Origin: Trichoplax adhaerens
Taxonomy: Eukaryota > Animalia > Placozoa
Assembly (NCBI RefSeq): GCF_000150275.1
Contig: NW_002060944.1
Coordinates: 4,964,123 to 5,028,122, forward strand
DNA: 64,000 bases
Direction of reading: 5' to 3'
Under the pieces are notes generated by a model that saw nothing but the letters and a program-made list of their open reading frames with translations, searched no databases and was not told where the DNA came from. Position numbers and translations under genes: made by a program. This document shows positions 1-12,714 of this stretch, piece by piece. Numbering within the stretch: position 1 is the stretch's first letter; every line of letters begins with the position of its first letter.

Positions 1-1050
1 AGCGCGTAGATTGCTGCTATTGCATTAGTCTGATGATGATTACAGTACTGTCCAAAATAACATTGATATCGGGCGAATGAATTGTCGCTTTAGAACGACT
101 ACGTATGATACTAAACTGGTGGATAGGTTGAAGAAAATAATTAATCTTCCATACTGGAATTTTGATATGATCTGCTTGACTCCTTTTGCATATTCATCAG
201 TCATGTGATGAATACCCGAGATTGGGAAATAAAAGGATGAGAATTGAAATGAATAAGCAAGTATAAAATAAAGTAAGAGCGTTGTCTTGAGGATGTGATT
301 TTTGGACATGAAAGAAATGGTTTTATCCATCGCATCTCATAATAAGATGCAATCTGTTGGATTAGTTTAAACACTAATTCATCATCTGGTGTTCATCTCA
401 GTTGGGATTTTGGAGACAATATGCAATGTTGGTGTGAAGAAGAAGAAGGCAGTCCATTACTCTACACGTACATAACTATCATGAAAGTATGATGATTTAA
501 CACTGGATTACAATCTTATGTTTCATCAATTCAGCGCAACAACAACATCGTCAAAACAAGACTTCAGGCAAACTCCTTCTCTACGTGTCTATCACGAGCT
601 AGTCGTCGTTTGAAGGGATCGTCGATGATGATCTGTAGGCGATCATTTCTATTGACGTACAATAGTAGTATGGAGAAGAAGAAGTAAAGATCAAGTTGTC
701 TATTGCCATTTTATGTTCATTCAATCAAGCGTAACAACACCATTGACTCAATGCGTCGATGGCGAACAAGTCGTCATTTTAAAGGGATCGCTGATGATCA
801 GTGGTAGTATCGAACGATGAAAATAATCTCTGGGTTGGTCCAAGTGTAGGCAATCTCTTAGTGGCACTGGATCATCATTGATATTCATTCAATCCAGTAG
901 ACCAACGTTATCGCCTAACAAGACGCCCATGATGATGATGATGATGGCACTTTTAGGCGTTGACCATCTACACTAGTCTCGTCTATAGTACGCGTAGTTG
1001 CACACTGATTGACAATGAATGATCGATACGTGTATCATGAATTATCTTAC

Positions 1051-1160
1051 TTGTATTCCTTCTTTTCGGCAATACTCATACATGATCCACGCTTGGAATA
1101 GGCGATAATAATGGATACCAGTAAGAAGGCCAAGGCATGCAGTAATATCTTGATCGTCAT
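1051..1160 (-). CDS. First coding exon of a secretory-pathway protein, tentatively EDEM3-like (GH47); downstream exons not identified in the window
   Basis: ATG at 1160 gives MTIKILLHALAFLLVSIIIAYSKRGSCMSIAEKKEY followed by donor GTAAGA at 1050. It has a hydrophobic signal peptide, and MSIAEKKEY resembles the EDEM3 N-terminal MSREEKQKL. An upstream in-frame stop precedes this ATG. Confidence 0.4.
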
Positions 1161-1571
1161 CTTCTCCTTGCCTTCATTCGTTTCGGTAGCCACTTTTTCC
1201 CTTGGGTTAGACTCTTGTACCTCTTGTTGTTCTATCTTGACAATGTCGTTTCACTCTTTTACTCCGATCGATTTCTTACTCGTTGTAACGGCAGGAATCA
1301 TCGATCACATTGACAGCACACACAACACATACAAATAGCAACAATCTTTCGTCTCTAATCTGCAAGAAATAAATCAAATGAAGGATTGGATGATAGAACA
1401 ACTAAGATTGGAGGGGGGGGGGGGGATAGTCGATTGATTGGTTGATGTTTCTACGTTCTCCTTGCTGCCACCAAGGCACTCAGTGGGTCTGCCGAGGTTA
1501 TGCAATCGAGACTGCGTCCAGTATGCCACTGGATGCGTACTTGCGTACTCTGAACGCTTACCGTATTGATT

Positions 1572-2690
1572 TTCAGTCTAGTACTGTACTCAGTCGGCTC
1601 CAGCTGACATCTCCGTCCGTAATCGAGGTTTGAGTTGCTCGCCATCAGCCGGACCGACGGCTGCAGCGTCGTCAGTCCAGTCTAGAACTGTACTCAGTCG
1701 GCTCCAGCTGACGTCTCCGAGGCTTGAGTCTTCCAACCAGTTGTTGGCCATCAGCCGGACCGACAGCTGAGTCATCAGTCCAGTCTAGAACTGTACTCAG
1801 TCGTCTCCAGGCTCCAGCTGACGTCTTCGAGACTCCGTCCATAATCGAGGTTTGAGTTGCTCGCCATCAGCCGGACCGACGGCTGCTGCGTCATCAGTCC
1901 AGCCATCAGCCGGACCGACAGCTGAGTCATCAGTCCAGTCTAGTACTGTACTGTACAGTACTCAGTCGGCTCCAGGCTCCAGCTGACGTCTCCGAGACTC
2001 CGTAATCGAGGTTTGAGTTGCTTGCCATCAGCCGGACCGACGGCTGCAGCATCATCAGTCCAGTCTAGAACTGTACGCAGTCGGCTCCAGCTGACGTCTC
2101 CGAGACTCCGTTAATCGAGGCTTGAGTCTTCAATCCAGTTGTTGGCCATCAGCCGGACCGACAGCTGAGTCATCCTTCTAGTCTAAAACTGTACGCAGTC
2201 GGCTCCAGGCTGACGTTTCCGAGACTCCCTAATCGAGGCTTGAGTCTTGGATCGAGTTGTTCACCATCAGCCGGACCGACGGCATAGTCATCAGTCCAGT
2301 CTAGAACTGTCCTTGTCGTCCTGTGATCGATGACGATCCAGTTGAAATGACCGCTTACCTCTTACCGTATGCATTTTCACTCTAGTACTGTACTCAGTGT
2401 ACTGTACTCACTCGGCTGCAGGTGACGTCTGCGAACTGCGTAATCGAGTCTTGGATCCAGTGCTTGGCCATCAGCCGGACCGACGGCTGAGTCATCGGTC
2501 CAGTCTAGAACTGTACTTGACGTCCTGTGACCGATGACGATACAGTTGCAATGACCGCTTACCTCTTACCGTATGCATTTTCACTCTAGTACTGTACTGT
2601 ACTCAGTCGGCTGCAGGTGACGTCTGCGAACTGCGTAATCGAGGCTTGAGTCTTGGACCCAGTGGTTGGCCGTCAGCCGGACCGACGGAG
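1572..2690. repeat. GC-rich degenerate tandem repeat, about 100-150 bp unit, about 8-10 copies, with internal inverted arms
   Basis: Recurrent blocks CAGTCCAGTCTAGAACTGTACTCAGTCGGCTCCAGCTGACGTCTCCGAG...AATCGAGG...GCCATCAGCCGGACCGAC at about 1576, 1678, 1782, 1936, 2061, 2179, 2298 and 2501. Confidence 0.9.
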
Positions 2691-3885
2691 AAAGTGGCTC
2701 GATCATTTCGACTCTGAAAAGTACAGTATAGCAGAGCACAGTACTTTACACTGTGCTGCCATGGAGTACTGTAGACTTATGCTACAGATAGACGGTAGGA
2801 TGGCCGTTGTTACCGGTTCCCAAGCAAAGCGATGATTTAACTGCTGGAGAAAGTGCCTCCATCATTTTGATATTCGTCTACAATCACCAAAGTGCAAGAC
2901 TACATTATTACTTGAAAACGCTGAAAGGAGCACCAAGGTATTTGACATTGTCAAGGGATCCATTGGATCGTCTACTCTTGCTTGTAGTCAATCGATCGAG
3001 TTTACTGTCACTCGCTAGCCTTGATCGCAGTCTTGCTACCCTTGGAAATGTGGTAGAGGCATTGCTGGCAATACAACACAATATACACCATTCATCGATA
3101 CTAGCTAGAGGCTAAAGATTGGACATTTCCATCGTCAAGACAAGAAGAATCGCCTGCCTTTTTTTAGTCTATTATTCTTATACTTTCCCTACTCGGCTAT
3201 CTTGTAAGCATGACATCGAGAAGCAAGTAAGAAAACACAGTGATGTAATAATGATGCTTGTTACAAATGGAAATAATTGCAACATTGGTTTAGTTACGCC
3301 TGTTTCAACAGTCCTTGTTACAACTGTATGAGATGGCAATACTTTATTTCTCAATGCAGTACAAGAGTATATGCAGCTAGACAAACTGCACTTTTGCCAG
3401 GCAGTTGTGAAGCTTACGATAGAAGTAGGTAAAATCTTGTATTGTACTACAGCCTACAATAGGTTACTGATCTGCATCTTTTAGTCATCAAGTTGATAAA
3501 GGACTCGTCTCTTTCGCCATCTTTACTTTCAATCACGACTCTAGATTCGATCGGAGAACTGGCTTGTTTTATTGACACGCCAATCGCCAGATATTACACA
3601 AACCCTAGTGTTTTCTTAGCATAGCATGATTAGCATCCTTGTATTTCCTATTCCCAACGAGTTTACTACAGTAAAAGAGTCTTTGATATCTAAAACACGC
3701 ACACACAACGGTTGCAAAACAAGACGTCATCAGCAACTATTCTACTTTATTGATTGCAACACTGCTCAGTATAGTCGACGATGAAATACTCTGTTCCTAC
3801 CTGATTGCATTCCAAAAGTATTTTACTATTTCAGCGTTTTGTCATCTCATGCATTCATTTTATATCTACCTGTACTGGAATATAG

Positions 3886-6675
3886 GGCTACCACCGGCAT
3901 TCAGATACGATGCCCTAGACATCCCCAAGCTAACCTGATTGAAGATTATAGTGCTGGCGATATCGTTTGTCCAGAATGTGGTTTAGTAGTTGGAGATCGG
4001 TATGTCAATTTCTTAACGACAAGGACTAAAAAAACGATTGTGATTGATGCAGTATAGATGTGTACATACAGCTTGTACAAATTGTATCGATATTTGCTTT
4101 ATGATCATTCTTTATAGTACATTCTCTATCGTAGTAATTTACTCCTTCCTAGATGTCGAATTGAATATCATGCCCCTTTAATAGTACTTTCAGTTTGAAA
4201 TCAAACCTAAAGTGTTTTACAGTACATCAGTACTATCTAATTGATATACGAGTACGTAATAGTATCAGAGAAGAATCCAGCTTGTGCAACTCTGAAGTTA
4301 ATTGAAGCTAGTATAGATCTGCTGATGTAGAATAATTTTTAAACAATTGTGAATAACATATTGAAATCCATCGTTGTCCAATTTACTGTAATCAGCTTAT
4401 TGGCAGTTCCTGGTAGAGAAAACCTTGGTACAGTACAACACTACTGTATGATTGTATCATAGTAGTAAAAACTACCTCTAACGATTGTATAAATTAATTC
4501 TGGTTTCCAATAATTATTTACCTGTAACATATACTGTATATATTGTTATCCCATAGAATGAGAAATACTCATTATACTCGTAGTCACGTATATCTGGAAT
4601 TAAAATTGACAGTATATTTTTGATTGTTGTACCTAAACTTTAGCTTAAAATAATTCTCCTAGTTCACAAGAATTCTTCAATTTCATACAAGATGGATGAA
4701 TAAACATTACGATATGGATAGTTTAGTTATAAAACTTATTTAATGCTATCATTTAGGATCATTGATGTTGGATCCGAATGGAGAACATTTAGCAATGAAA
4801 AGGCTCGATCTGATCCATCTCGTGTTGGTGCTAGCGAGGTGGGATATAGTCTATTCTACTCTGTTATAGTATCCAGCTTAGTAACAATTTACTAAAACAC
4901 AGCTAATGCGTGTACTATGAATTGAACCACCTCTACTGAACTCTTAGATGATGATATCATTTATCATTTCTTTTAAAATGCTTACCAAATTGATAAACTT
5001 GATTCAGTTGAATAATGTTTACAGCTATAATTTCATTATAATACAAAGTACCCAAAGAAGCTAATCGGATTCTAGCCCGTAAAATTCTACTAATCCTGAA
5101 TATCATTTATACAGTGATACAATACTACTGCAGTAATTGTACAATTGCTTCATCAATGACCTTTTCAGTTGTATGAAAGAAATTGATCATGATGCTTATG
5201 TCTTATTTGTAGAATCCATTACTGAATGGCAGTGATCTAACCACTGTCATTGGTAAGTCGCCATCAGGTTCAGCAGCTTACGATGTTGATGGCAACGCAC
5301 TATACCGGAATCGCTCTGCGGTAATGTAAAAATATTCGATCTTAAAAGACTGCAAACTTTATCACTAGAAATACTGTACTTATATAGAGCTACTGCTATC
5401 ATAAAACGTATATGCAAATGCAAATATGGCATTATCTTGTCAATATGCAGTAAGTTGTTACGCTATACTGATTGCCGCAGAGTACATTCTTACTATTGTA
5501 TAGTTTCGTGATATATCTTGAACGTCAAACGACTGCATTAAATTATAGATTAACAAGATCAATGTAGAAACTAGAGATTGATTGTATCGATTTTTCTGCA
5601 TGAAACTTGATTCTATCCTCTTGATGTAGCTACAACACGCTAGTATATAGACTATCGTATCCTTATATCTACATCCTTACTCTAATTAGATGAATGGTAC
5701 GGACAGAAGCTTAGTCAATGCCTTTCAGGAAATTGCAACCATGGCCGATCGAATTAACTTACCAAAAACGATTGTTGTAAGAAACTTTGTTCATAAATAT
5801 CATGTAGCTAAATGAAAATTACCCTACTGTCTACAGTAATACAATATCGATCATTTATTAGGACCGGGCTAAAGTACTATTCAAACAAGGCTATGAATTG
5901 AAATCCCTCAAAGGCCGTAGTAATGATGCTCTAGCATCAGCTTCTTTATATATAGCTTGTCGGCAAGAAGGCGTCCCACGTACATTTAAGGGTAAGACTT
6001 TCTTCAAAGTAAGTATGAACACTGTAATACCCTCTACTGCTAATGCATTAAAATATCTTCATCTTAATGAAATACAGAAATTTGTGCTGTATCGAAAATA
6101 TCAAAGAAAGAGATTGGACGATGTTTCAAAGCTATCCTTAAGGCCTTAGAAACTAATGTTGAAATGATATCAACACAAGATTTTATGGTAACTTGAACTC
6201 ATGTCATGCAACTTGTCAAGTTACACCATATCGCGCCTAATATCGATGTAATTCTTATTCCTTGCTAGTCTCGTTTTTGCTCCAATTTAAATTTGCCCAA
6301 CTACGTTCAAAAAGCAGCCTCTCATATCGCTCATAGAGCTATCGAACTTGATCTTGCTCCAGGGTAATGTCGACTATTACAAGTATTTCTAATTATCTTT
6401 TAGATGAAGTAATTGAAAGGATAAATAATTGGAGCCTAACGGTTATTTGTAATTATTTGACTAGTCGAAGTCCTGTTTCCGTTACTGCTGCGGCGATCTA
6501 TTTAGCGTCTCAAGCATCAGACACAAAGAAATCACAGAAAGAAATTGGAGATGTAGCTGGCGTTGCTGATGTCACTATACGACAGTCTTATCGATTATTA
6601 CTTCCACGATCAAAGGATCTATTTCCGGCAGATTTTGTATTCAAGACACCCATTGATCAATTACCGAGCGCTTAA
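3886..6675 (+). CDS. GTF2B: Transcription initiation factor IIB (exons 3886-3999, 4757-4838, 5213-5320, 5690-5776, 5862-5991, 6078-6187, 6269-6363, 6465-6675; short first exon not located)
   Basis: Zn ribbon CPRHP...[12 protein letters not shown]-reader [12 protein letters not shown], cyclin folds ([38 protein letters not shown]). All introns are GT-AG with consistent phases. Confidence 0.97.
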
Positions 6676-7172
6676 TTATCCTAGATAAATCTATTGTAAT
6701 TCTACTATAAGCATGATTGGTTTAGAATCGATAACAATGTTGCATAGCAATTCAAGGATGTCTTCTTGATCATACCGATATCTCTCTACTTCGTTGTTAT
6801 AGGTACTAGCCGTTGTTGTTGTAACTAGTGTAGAATAACATTTCTTCAGATAGAGCGAGGCACAAGCTTGGGTGATTTTAAAATTTTACATTACGATAGA
6901 ACTATGTAGTTGACAGCTGCCATAACAACAAGTGCACGTTCAGTCGCTAGAGTGCTTCTAGAAGCTAACGTACGGTTAATTACCATACTTGTGCTTCTGG
7001 TCAATTTTACAAACCATTCCGTATACTCTACAATAATTATAATTAGTCCAGTTTGGTCTATCAGTAATAACTTTATTAACAATTAAGAAAAGTAAATATT
7101 ACAAGAAAAGAATCAACAGATACATTAAATCCTATATAGATCCCCAATTGATTCGCAATGAGGAATTACTAG

Positions 7173-10100
7173 TTAACGTTGCCCTTGCATATTTGGCGGC
7201 AAAAACATTGCTTTAAGTTGCGAAGACATCTGAGCAATTTCTGTATCATCCTGTACATGTGCTTGTATTGCTTGCGCAAATTGTAACGATCCTGTAGATA
7301 CGCATAATGTATGTAATAACATTAGTAATATCGTCAACTTGTACTTAATCGTTATGTGAATTCTCTACATTTAATAGTGCCACAACTAGACTTAAAATGT
7401 ATGATGATTTGTGGTGAAATATTGATACTGAATTTTTTTAAAATTCCTAGAATAAAAGGTACCAGTGTTTTCACTATTCATTCAATCGCTTGAAAAACTT
7501 TTTAATAAGTTATAAAGCCCTCGCACATTGAGTATACTGTACATTAGTAAAGCAATGAAATTACTCTTGCCGCTTTTCAATAATGTTGTATTAGACCCTA
7601 CATATACTGCAACTTTCCGGTTATCATCTGTTATTACAAGAGTAAATGGAAAGCGATCGGGACCATAAAGTAAGATCTGATTCAAGACGTTCATAGTCAG
7701 AAACTACTGTGCAGTAGTCCCTGTCATCGTATCAACCAGAGAGAACAGCGATACTTTTAATGTTCGCAATTACTGTGAGAAGGTAAAGTTGTGGGTAAAT
7801 TCTATCATAATCCAGTAAACCATGTTGGGTTGCTTGCCTAGGTCATCAAATATCTTCAACTATAGTTATAGTCAATTCTCAGAATACTGTACTGTAACAG
7901 GGGGAATTTTTTTTCATCCTTTTTAAAATTAAAGTAGTAAAATATCAGTCTTCTCGGCCGTTACTAATACAGCTAACGAACAGCATATTTTGAGTGTACA
8001 TCTAAGTAATGTACATGCTATAAAGACACCTTAAAATACAATGCGAAAGTGCAATATACGCGTATAAAATTTAAATGTTAATATAAAACTACCCCACCAA
8101 ATACAGTCGATAATAAGATATCTTGCGACCCTGCAAAATTACCTTGTTGATCACTTGTGAAACCGTATTTTTCGATAACTCTTTGTTGTATTTGCGTTGC
8201 CACAGGTACTACAATTTGCATCATTTTAAGTAAGTCTGTACCAGCTTCCTCGCGAGCAGCATTCATTTTCGCTAGATTTTCCGGTTCCGTGAAAGCTTGG
8301 ACGACTTCCTTTAAGGCAGCTATAAATTACATGTAGTTATTGCAATATCAATTAGTTCACAATGCGTATCAAGTTGCAATTTAATCGGAAGACTTTTATA
8401 GGGTAATTGTGACTGTTGAATATCGATAAAACCACAAGGTATCAATTTTTACATAATCTAAATCAATACGTATCATGTCATGATTTATCCTGTAGAATAT
8501 TATCGGAGTAATTATTACTTTACGTGACTATTTAACATTAATAAAGCCAGCAGCTATAACTTTTTATATATCTAAATCAATATGTATCAAGTGACGATCC
8601 AATCTGAAGAATTTTTAGCAACTATAAACTCTTATATGTATAAATCAATAGGCATCAAGTTACGATCTATCCTGAAGATAGAATTTCATCAGGGTATTGT
8701 GACTCTAACTGACAATTGAATATTGGTAAAACCAACAGCTAAAACCTCTCATGCTCTATCCTGAACAATTTCATAAGGGTAATTGTGAATCTGTGAGACT
8801 GTTGAACATCGGCAATACCACAAGCTATAAACTCTCACATACGCGTATGTAAATCAACACTTATCTAGTCATAATCCTATCTTAAAGAATTTCAGCAGCT
8901 ATAGATTCTTACGTGTATCAATCCAATCACAACCTATCTCGACGAATTTCATTAGGGTAATTCTGATTGTGTAATTATTTAACTATTTAACATCGCAAAG
9001 TTCACTTTACTCCAATAATAGCAAGTCAGTCAGGTTCTATCCTAAAGAATTTTATTCGGGTAATTATGACTCTATAACTGTTTAACATCGCGAAATTAAC
9101 TTTACTACATTAATAGCCAGTCAGGATCTATCCTAAAGATTTTTATGGGAAAGAATTGTAGCTGTTTATCGTCGTTCAATGCCGGCAGTTGCAAACTAGT
9201 ACAATATCAAGGCGTATCAAGCCATGGTCTATCCTAAAGATTTTTGGTGGAGTCATAGTGACGGTTTAATATCGATAATTCAATATCAACTTCACTACAT
9301 GTACAAGAGTAGCAAGTTAGGATCTATCTTAAAGTTTTCAATAATGCGAGTTATAGCGAGGATACGCACGACTATGAATATATTCAACATTGTCTGCCGG
9401 GCAATGATTTGCAACTATGAATGTAGCCATCACACGCTACTTACAGACTATCCATTTCATATGGCTATTTATATCGTTTAGTACAAAAGTAATCATCATG
9501 GCAATTTTGTGATCACAACAGCATATTCCATTGCCTATACAGTACTCGATCATCACGGTAAAAGCTGAATTGGACTTATTAAACCGAAATATTTCACTTC
9601 TATGACCCAAGGAGACCCTATCTTACTATGGTATTGACATGATATATGTGCTGTAATAAGTGATTTCATCATTGATCGATTTCCATTGGATTAGTGGTAT
9701 CTAAAAGTCGATAAACATTGTTCAACGTTGGATCTTGATTCACCATTTACCTACAGTATACCATTTCCTGTATTCCTTTCTTTCACTACGATAATTTTAA
9801 AATTGAAGTGCTCAATGTAAAAACATTATTAATATAGATGTCGATAGATAACCAGTCATCGACGATCAGGGTTACGTACTGAAAATGATTCTAAACTATC
9901 AAGCATACTAAGCTTCAAGATCCAAATCATGACAATATCGATGGACGTCTATTTTCATTAAGCTATTCTTACTTCGATCGATTACCATTTTCACTACTAT
10001 AATTAATAGATAGGTAACGTATCCAATCACAAAAATCACCATCAAGTTTATTCGAACATCCTACGTGGCAATATGTTAATTGTGTAATACAGTAAGGCGA

Positions 10101-10489
10101 TCGAAAGGGGGATAACCAAATAGATCAAATCAACTTCATTTATATCTCTATGACGGCATCCTTTCTTTCTTTCTTGCTCAATTAGTCTCAATATACGATA
10201 AGATGAAATCGAATAGAGTGGGTCTTAAGCTACAATAGTTTATGGCATGACCATATTCATTGTCTACTACAGCAAACTAAATTTGTTGGCGGTAAAGTAC
10301 TGTAAGTATAAATGGTAGCAATCGCTCAACAGAAGGATCATCTCTAATATAATCGTCTAAGTAATTGCACGTGTTCTATATTATCAATAAAGTAGAAGAA
10401 CATTCTTAGTAATTAACGATATTTTCTACAAGTTGGACAATCTCCTTACTTCGTGCTTCTTCGCGATTCAATTTGGGGACTGCGGCCAT
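7173..10489 (-). CDS. C12orf57: Protein C10 / C12orf57 homolog (exons 10489-10450, 8319-8143, 7291-7173)
   Basis: MAAVPKLNREEARTALKEVVQAFTEPEN...MMQIVVPVATQIQQRVIEKYGF...FAQAIQAH...LKAMFLPP matches the C10 family (VLPVATQIQQEVIKAYGF, LKALFLPP). Confidence 0.93.
8376..9335. repeat. Degenerate intronic minisatellite (about 60-80 bp unit) in C10 intron 1
   Basis: Repeated TCAAGT...ATCTATCCTAAAGAATTT...AGGGTAATTGTGACT variants, roughly a dozen copies. Confidence 0.75.
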
Positions 10490-11194
10490 TTTGAACTGCA
10501 GCTCTCTTCACTGTGTAAAATCAAACGCTCAAGCTGTAACTTTCTACAATGGAAAAATTGATGGTACTGACAGGAGGACTCCAAGGAAAACTCGATAGAC
10601 TCCTTTCAATGCCTTTCAGTACTCAATAGGATTCCAGCCAAATGTCCGTCTGGTAACCGTTATGGCTTCCAGACTTCAAGACGGGCAAAAATGGGCATAC
10701 AAAATTCATAGCCAATGGATATTTTCTGCATAAACAGAATAAATTCATCATTGTACTCGTATTGTCTTTCAACATGGTGCCATCTGTATACTATCCATAT
10801 ATTAATAATCATAATAATAAATACAGTAGGTAAACCTCCTTCACTCGGAAGGATATTTCAAGATCCTACGAAATACCAATATGAACAAATTATTATTTAC
10901 AATGAATTGAATTTTAATAATACGCTGCACCAGTATAAAAGATGAGAGTATTCTACACTAATATGGTCTTCCAGCACTTGAAAGGAAATGTGAAAATTTC
11001 CGCGGTAATTATAAGAGTAAGAAAAATAAGAATGCAACGAAATGAGGAAAGATCGAATATTCTGTACCACAGTATAGGAGATTGCCTTTCTAGGATAAAA
11101 AAAAATATAATCATTTATACTAATGAGAAAATAATTATTGGCGTTTATACCGAATTAAGAGGATAAATATCCTATGCAGTTATTGTCTCAGCAT

Positions 11195-11452
11195 AATATC
11201 ATCCGATAACTGTAGAATCAGTAATGATAGTGTCTCTGTAATAATAAATACAATATACACTACGATTAGAGAAAGGGAAAGCAAGAAAATAATCGACATT
11301 GATGCTCAATTATGAAGATCGATATTCATCGGATAACTGTACAATAAGTGATGATAGCCTGTGTAATAACGAATACAGTATACAGTACAATTTAAATTAA
11401 GAATAGGGAAGAATAATAACATGGTCTACATTGATGCTAAATTACCAAGATT
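11195..11452. repeat. Diverged tandem duplication, about 127 bp x2
   Basis: ATCxGATAACTGTA...ATGATAG...TGTAATAA...ACATTGATGCTxAATTA occurs twice, at about 11200 and 11327. Confidence 0.65.
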
Positions 11453-12714
11453 GCATGTACACGTAATTAATGTACAATTGTATATTATCTTTTCAGCATG
11501 ATATCATCCGTATAGACGTGTGAATAAGCAAAGACCCCAGGCTTAGAAGGATATATTAAATCTCTGTATTAATGCAAACAAGTAGAATTTTTTTACTATA
11601 ATATGCAGACGTCAATACGCACTAAATTGGTTACTAATATCTCAGTAATCACGTAACCATGAACAGGGCTGTGGTATATGTAAAATATCACAAGATGGAT
11701 ATAGATTAGGAAAAAAATAAAGACGTGTACAGTCGAAATGGCACATGCATTTCCATTCAGTGTAAATTCATATTCTCGTACTATACAGATATTATTATAA
11801 TTATTATCCAAAAACATAGTTATCGTAAAGTAATGGGTGTTACAACGTAAATCGTTTATTAAATTACATGTTACATACGAGTAATGATTAGGTATTAACA
11901 ACTGGCCTACCGAGTAAACCAGTATCAAATTGGCATACAATCTGAGTCTCGCTACTAAATTACCAATAACTAGGAAAATTAAATTAATTTGGCAGGTATT
12001 GCAAAAAGCGTCTAGCAAGATATATTTATCTTGCAGCTTTTACAGTGCATTTAATCGCTTTAGATATAGGAAACTATCGAATGATAATTAATATAATTAG
12101 TCTTTTTACTATCCAATATGGTTTTCATGTTTTATTTATAGAAAAATTCAATTCACTCTCTAAATCATAATATCCTCCGGAGTAATACTACGTAGAATCG
12201 GTGCTATCTTACAAGTAGGTGGAGAATAGAGTTAAGGAGCGTATACATTGCATAGACAGCATACTGTATAACATACACTTAACACAAGCATACGAGTATA
12301 TACATTTTAGCTTAAACTCATGTTTTACTTCAATGATAACATACAAGAATGCATTATAATGGAATTTCTGAACATAGTTTACCGTACCAATAGCAATTGT
12401 TGTGACGTAAAAAATTTTGAAAGCATATTCGGCATATCAGATAGGATAATCTTAGATCAAGCCTCATGTTAGTATAGTAGCTATTCCTTCGATACAAAAA
12501 AAATTTGCAAACTAACGACATGATCCTATTGATGTATCTATGAAGAATGCACTAATAAAAAATATATTAATCCGATATACAATCTACATTAATCGACTTC
12601 TTTATTACGAGAAACTGTAATCGATGTTAACGCTACTCGTGAATAGTCAATCCTGTATATGAAACGGGATTAATTAATTTACACACTCTTATTTTATACG
12701 TAGAACAATTGATT

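Noticed and set aside
40-330. 96-aa minus-strand ORF with a hydrophobic stretch, a possible alternative first exon
   Set aside because: No recognisable homology, and it cannot be linked to other exons within the window.
1572-2690. CRISPR-like repeat/spacer appearance
   Set aside because: Eukaryotic context, no cas genes, and the 'spacers' are themselves homologous to each other.
3355-3400. U7 snRNA-like Sm site (AGTTTGTCTAG on minus plus a weak hairpin); considered because human RNU7-1 neighbours C12orf57
   Set aside because: No pyrimidine-rich HDE-binding segment 5' of the site and only a weak stem. GTTACAGCT near 10531-40 lacks an Sm site.
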